Assembly (NCBI GenBank): GCA_044868695.1
Contig: JBIOWP010000062.1
Span: forward strand, 1-19,868
Origin: a bacterium
GTDB taxonomy: Bacteria > Sysuimicrobiota > Sysuimicrobiia > Sysuimicrobiales > Kaftiobacteriaceae
Direction: 5' to 3'
Length of the DNA: 19,868 bases
The notes under the pieces are model-generated. The model searched no databases, was not told where the DNA came from, and saw nothing but the letters and a program-made list of their open reading frames with translations. Every line of letters begins with the position of its first letter. The first letter of the stretch is position 1. This document shows, piece by piece, positions 16,641 to 19,868 of this stretch. The position numbers were made by a program, and so were the translations under genes.

Positions 16641-17717
16641 ATGGACCGTAACCACACCAGAAGGGTGCGTGTCGGCAAAGTGGAGATCGGCGGCGGCGCG
16701 CCGGTCTCCGTGCAGTCGATGACCATTACCGATACGCGCGACGTGGAAGCCACCCTCGTGCAAATCTACCAGCTGGCGGCTGAGGGATGCGAGATCGCCC
16801 GGCTGGCCGTCCCTGATCACGCCGCCGCGCAGGCGCTGGCGGAGATCAAGCCGCGCAGTCCCCTCCCCATCGTCGCCGACATCCACTTCGATTACCGGCT
16901 GGCGCTCGAGGCATTGGAGGCAGGGGTCGACAAGCTCCGGATCAATCCTGGTAACATCGGCAGCCGCCAGCGCACCCGCATCGTGGCCAAAGCGGCCAAA
17001 GACCGGGGCGTACCCATCCGCATCGGCGCCAACATCGGCTCGCTGAGCAAAGCCATTCTGCGCCGCTTCCGCCGTCCGTGCGCCGACGCGCTCGTGGAGA
17101 GCGCGCTCGACGACATCAAGGTCCTGCAGGATCTGGACTTTCACGACATCGTGATCTCGGTCAAGGCGTCCGAGGTCCCCATGGCGGTGGACGCGTACAC
17201 GATGATCAGCGAGCGGGTGGATTACCCGCTGCACGTCGGCATCACGGAATCCGGAACGGCGTGGGCAGGCGGGCTCAAGTCGGCGGCCGGCATCGGCGCG
17301 ATCCTCGCGCGGGGCATCGGCGACACCATCCGCGTGTCCCTGGCGGCCGAGCCGGTGGAGGAAGTGAAGGTGGCGTTCGAGATCCTCAAGAGCCTGGGGC
17401 TCCGGACGCGCGGGGTCCAGCTGGTGGCCTGCCCGTCCTGTGGACGGGCGGAGGTGGACATCATCGCCATCGCTCAGGAAGTCGAGCGCCGGCTGGCCAA
17501 GATCGACGCCCCGGTTAAGGTGGCGGTGATGGGGTGCGCGGTCAACGGGCCGGGGGAGGCGCGCATGGCGGACCTGGGGATCGCCTGCGGCCGCGGAATG
17601 GGGCTCCTCTTCAAGGGTGGGAAGATCGTCGCCAGCCTGCCCGAAGACCGGCTGGTCGATGCCCTCATGGAGCAGGTGGAGCAGGTAGCTCGTGAGAAGG
17701 CGGCGGCCGCGTCATGA
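16641..17717 (+). CDS. ispG: 4-hydroxy-3-methylbut-2-en-1-yl diphosphate synthase (flavodoxin/ferredoxin)
   Basis: IGGGAPVSVQSMT, ADIHFDY, RINPGNIG, YPLHVGITESG, GIGDTIRVSL and Fe-S ligands CPSCGR and GCAVNGPGE. The true start is ATG 16641; the ORF-track start 16263 overlaps rseP. Confidence 0.98.
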   Translation: MDRNHTRRVRVGKVEIGGGAPVSVQSMTITDTRDVEATLVQIYQLAAEGCEIARLAVPDHAAAQALAEIKPRSPLPIVADIHFDYRLALEALEAGVDKLRINPGNIGSRQRTRIVAKAAKDRGVPIRIGANIGSLSKAILRRFRRPCADALVESALDDIKVLQDLDFHDIVISVKASEVPMAVDAYTMISERVDYPLHVGITESGTAWAGGLKSAAGIGAILARGIGDTIRVSLAAEPVEEVKVAFEILKSLGLRTRGVQLVACPSCGRAEVDIIAIAQEVERRLAKIDAPVKVAVMGCAVNGPGEARMADLGIACGRGMGLLFKGGKIVASLPEDRLVDALMEQVEQVAREKAAAAS

Positions 17718-18388
17718 GTCCATGGGAAGGGATGGGGGAATCGGCGCTCCGGCTGCTCCTGGCGATGGTGCTGGGGGGCGTGATCGGCTGGCAGCGGGAG
17801 AGCGCGGAAAAGCCGGCCGGATTTCGCACGCATATCCTGGTCTGCGTGGGCGCGGCGTTGTTCACCCTGATCTCCGCCGTGGGATTCTTCGGCACCGGCG
17901 CCGATCCGGCCCGCGTGGCAAGCAACATTGTGGTCGGGATCGGATTTCTGGGCGCCGGCACCATCTGGCGCACCGCCGGCAGTGTGCAGGGGCTGACGAC
18001 GGCCGCCAGCCTGTGGACCGTGGCGGCGATCGGCACGGCGGCGGGGGTGGGATATTACAGCGGCGCGTTCATTACGACCGTAATCGTCGTCAGCGTGCTT
18101 ACCCTGTTCAAGGTATTTGAGAGCCGGATTCCCCGGCACGGCCTGGGTCACGTCACCATGATCATGGTCGACCGCCCCGGCCAGCTCGGGAGAATCGGCA
18201 CCGCGCTGGGCGCGTTCGGCGTGAACATCGAGCGCGTCGAGCTCTCCGGCCGGACCAGCGAGCGCGTGGTGCTCCAGCTGGCCGTCCGACTCCCCCCGCG
18301 GGTGAGCCGCCATGAGCTCGTGGTCGCCCTGGGAGATCTGGAAGGCGTTGAGGAGGTTCGCTGGGAGGATGTCAGCGCGGCGGCATGA
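17714..18388 (+). CDS. MgtC/SapB family membrane protein with C-terminal ACT-like domain
   Basis: LGGVIGWQRE...KPAGFRTHILV..GAALF, DPARVA.NIV.GIGFLGAG, GLTTAASLW..AAIG and C-terminal DRPGQLG.I...LG..GVNI. ATGA overlap with ispG. Confidence 0.93.
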   Translation: MSPWEGMGESALRLLLAMVLGGVIGWQRESAEKPAGFRTHILVCVGAALFTLISAVGFFGTGADPARVASNIVVGIGFLGAGTIWRTAGSVQGLTTAASLWTVAAIGTAAGVGYYSGAFITTVIVVSVLTLFKVFESRIPRHGLGHVTMIMVDRPGQLGRIGTALGAFGVNIERVELSGRTSERVVLQLAVRLPPRVSRHELVVALGDLEGVEEVRWEDVSAAA

Positions 18389-19047
18389 TCCCCCTCCGCG
18401 ACGACAACCCCTCGTCGACACCCCCGGTCGTCACCGTCCTGCTGATCCTCGCGTGCACCGCCGTCTTCCTGTACATGTTCTACGGGGTCGGATCGGAGGC
18501 GGCGCTCGAGGGATTCATCGTCACCTACGGCGCGGTGCCCGCGGAGCTGCTGGCCCCCGGCCGGCTGCCGGTCGAAGCGCCGACGCTCGTCACCGCGATG
18601 TTCCTGCACGGCGGCTGGGCCCACCTGATCGGCAACATGCTGTTCCTGTGGATCTTCGGCGACAACGTCGAAGATCTCATGGGCCACGGTGGGTTTCTCC
18701 TCTTCTATCTCCTGGCCGGTGCCGTTGCCACGGGCGCCCACGTCCTGCTGAACCCGGCGTCCACGGCGCCGCTGATCGGGGCGAGCGGCGCCATCGCCGG
18801 CGTGCTCGGCGCGTACCTGGTGCTGTTTCCCCGCGCGCGCATCCTCTCGCTGGTGCCCTTCGGTCTGTTCAGCCGCCTGGTCGCCGTCCCGGCGGTGCTA
18901 TTCCTGCCCGTGTGGTTTCTCATGCAATTCCTATACGGGGTCGCCTCCTTGACCGGAGAAGCGGCCGCGGTGGCCTGGTGGGCGCACGTCGGCGGGTTTG
19001 TCGCCGGCATCGTGCTGGTCCCTGTCTTCGCACGGCGCCGCCGGTGA
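18385..19047 (+). CDS. Rhomboid family intramembrane serine protease
   Basis: MIPLRDDNP, MFLHGGWAHLIGNMLFLWIFGDNVED, catalytic GASGA and WWAHVGGF. ATGA overlap with the MgtC gene. Confidence 0.95.
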   Translation: MIPLRDDNPSSTPPVVTVLLILACTAVFLYMFYGVGSEAALEGFIVTYGAVPAELLAPGRLPVEAPTLVTAMFLHGGWAHLIGNMLFLWIFGDNVEDLMGHGGFLLFYLLAGAVATGAHVLLNPASTAPLIGASGAIAGVLGAYLVLFPRARILSLVPFGLFSRLVAVPAVLFLPVWFLMQFLYGVASLTGEAAAVAWWAHVGGFVAGIVLVPVFARRRR

Positions 19048-19090
19048 TTGGGTAGATTGTGTAGATGGAGTCGATCGAGTAGATTGTTCT
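19046..19090 (+). repeat. Degenerate 9-mer tandem repeat (GATTGNGTA-like x5)
   Basis: GATTGGGTA GATTGTGTA GATGGAGTC GATCGAGTA GATTGTTCT, beginning within the rhomboid stop codon; a further GATTGTA follows out of register. Confidence 0.8.
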
Positions 19091-19160
19091 TGATTGTAGG
19101 AAAGGATCGCGGCGGCGCGAATGTGGCCACAGGCCACAGCGCAGGCGTGGGAGGAGCGCG

Positions 19161-19868
19161 GTGAGACAGATTACCGTTGAAGTGCTCTCGGGCAAGCCGG
19201 TGTCCGAGCACGAGGTTGAGATCGTCGAACGCAAGGGGCGGGGGCACCCCGACTCCATCTGCGACGCGATCATGGAACGGGTGAGTATCGAGCTCAGCCG
19301 GGAGTACCGGCGCGCGTTCGGCGCCATCCTCCACCACAACATCGACAAGGGGTTCCTCGTCGCCGGCAACGCGGAGATCAAACTGGGAGGCGGGCGGGTC
19401 ACGGATCCGATCCGGCTCATCTTTGGGGATCGCGCCACCTACGAGATGAACGGGACGCGCCTGCCGATCGAGGAGATCGCGATCAACACCGCCAAGCGCT
19501 GGTTCCGCGAGAACCTGCGCTTTGTGGATCCCGACGAGCATGTCAGCTACGACGTGCAGATCAAACCAGGGTCTCCAGAGCTCGTGGACATCTTCAGCCG
19601 GGAGGTCCCCGGCGCCAACGACACGTCGGCGGCGGTCGGGTACGCCCCGCTGACCGAGACCGAGCGGCTCGTGCTGCTCACCGAGCGCCACATGAACTCG
19701 CCGGCGTTCAAGCAGCAGTTCCCCGAAGCCGGAGAAGACATCAAAGTCATGGGGTTCAGGCGGGGCAGCGAACTCAACCTCACCGCCGCCGTCGCCTTCG
19801 TGGACCGGTTTGTCGATTCCGAGGCGACCTACTTCAAGCGGAAGCAGCAGATGCATGAGGCGGTGGAG
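19161..19868 (+). CDS. mat: Methionine adenosyltransferase (SAM synthetase), archaeal-type; 3' truncated by window edge
   Basis: Absent from the ORF track because there is no stop in the window. Hand translation from GTG 19161 (SD GGAGGAG just upstream): MRQITVEVLSGKPVSEHEVEIVERKGRGHPDSICDAIME..S..LSREY...FGAILHHNIDK...GGG......GDRAT...GANDTSAAVGYAPLTETERLVL...GEDIKVMG.R. Confidence 0.93.
   Translation, partial: MRQITVEVLSGKPVSEHEVEIVERKGRGHPDSICDAIMERVSIELSREYRRAFGAILHHNIDKGFLVAGNAEIKLGGGRVTDPIRLIFGDRATYEMNGTRLPIEEIAINTAKRWFRENLRFVDPDEHVSYDVQIKPGSPELVDIFSREVPGANDTSAAVGYAPLTETERLVLLTERHMNSPAFKQQFPEAGEDIKVMGFRRGSELNLTAAVAFVDRFVDSEATYFKRKQQMHEAVE

Noticed and set aside
19048..19160. SAM riboswitch upstream of the SAM synthetase
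   Set aside because: No SAM-I core (AUC..AGAG..GAGGGA..GGCCC..GAU) and no recognisable SAM-II/III/V motif; only the 9-mer array and a small TGTGGCC/GGCCACA hairpin (19122-19138). An Rfam cmscan would settle it.
18705..19856. 383-aa minus-strand ORF at the window end
   Set aside because: Antisense shadow of the plus-strand MAT and rhomboid genes, which carry clear family motifs.

Overview
Bacterial chromosome window, mostly high-GC, with two parts. (1) 1-~2700 is a visibly lower-GC carbohydrate (CUT1-type) ABC importer cluster: partial substrate-binding protein plus two permeases. It ends abruptly at a cluster of GGTGCC-W-GGCACC palindromes. (2) ~2750-end is high-GC core genome: a secreted hypothetical protein (minus strand), then yraN-comM(yifB)-dprA-topA-xerC, then rpsB (with a t44/S2-type leader)-tsf-pyrH-frr-small PASTA-like ORF-uppS-cdsA-dxr-rseP-ispG-mgtC/sapB(ACT)-rhomboid. 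It closes with a 3'-truncated archaeal-type S-adenosylmethionine synthetase that the ORF track misses. The gene order is Firmicutes/Terrabacteria-like; I cannot assign the taxon from sequence alone. I see no clear new multi-gene system. The best leads are: pyrH apparently starting at a non-canonical ATC inside an SD-sequestering hairpin, the archaeal-type MAT, three different intergenic short tandem repeat arrays (7-, 8- and 9-mers), and the REP-like cluster at the GC boundary.
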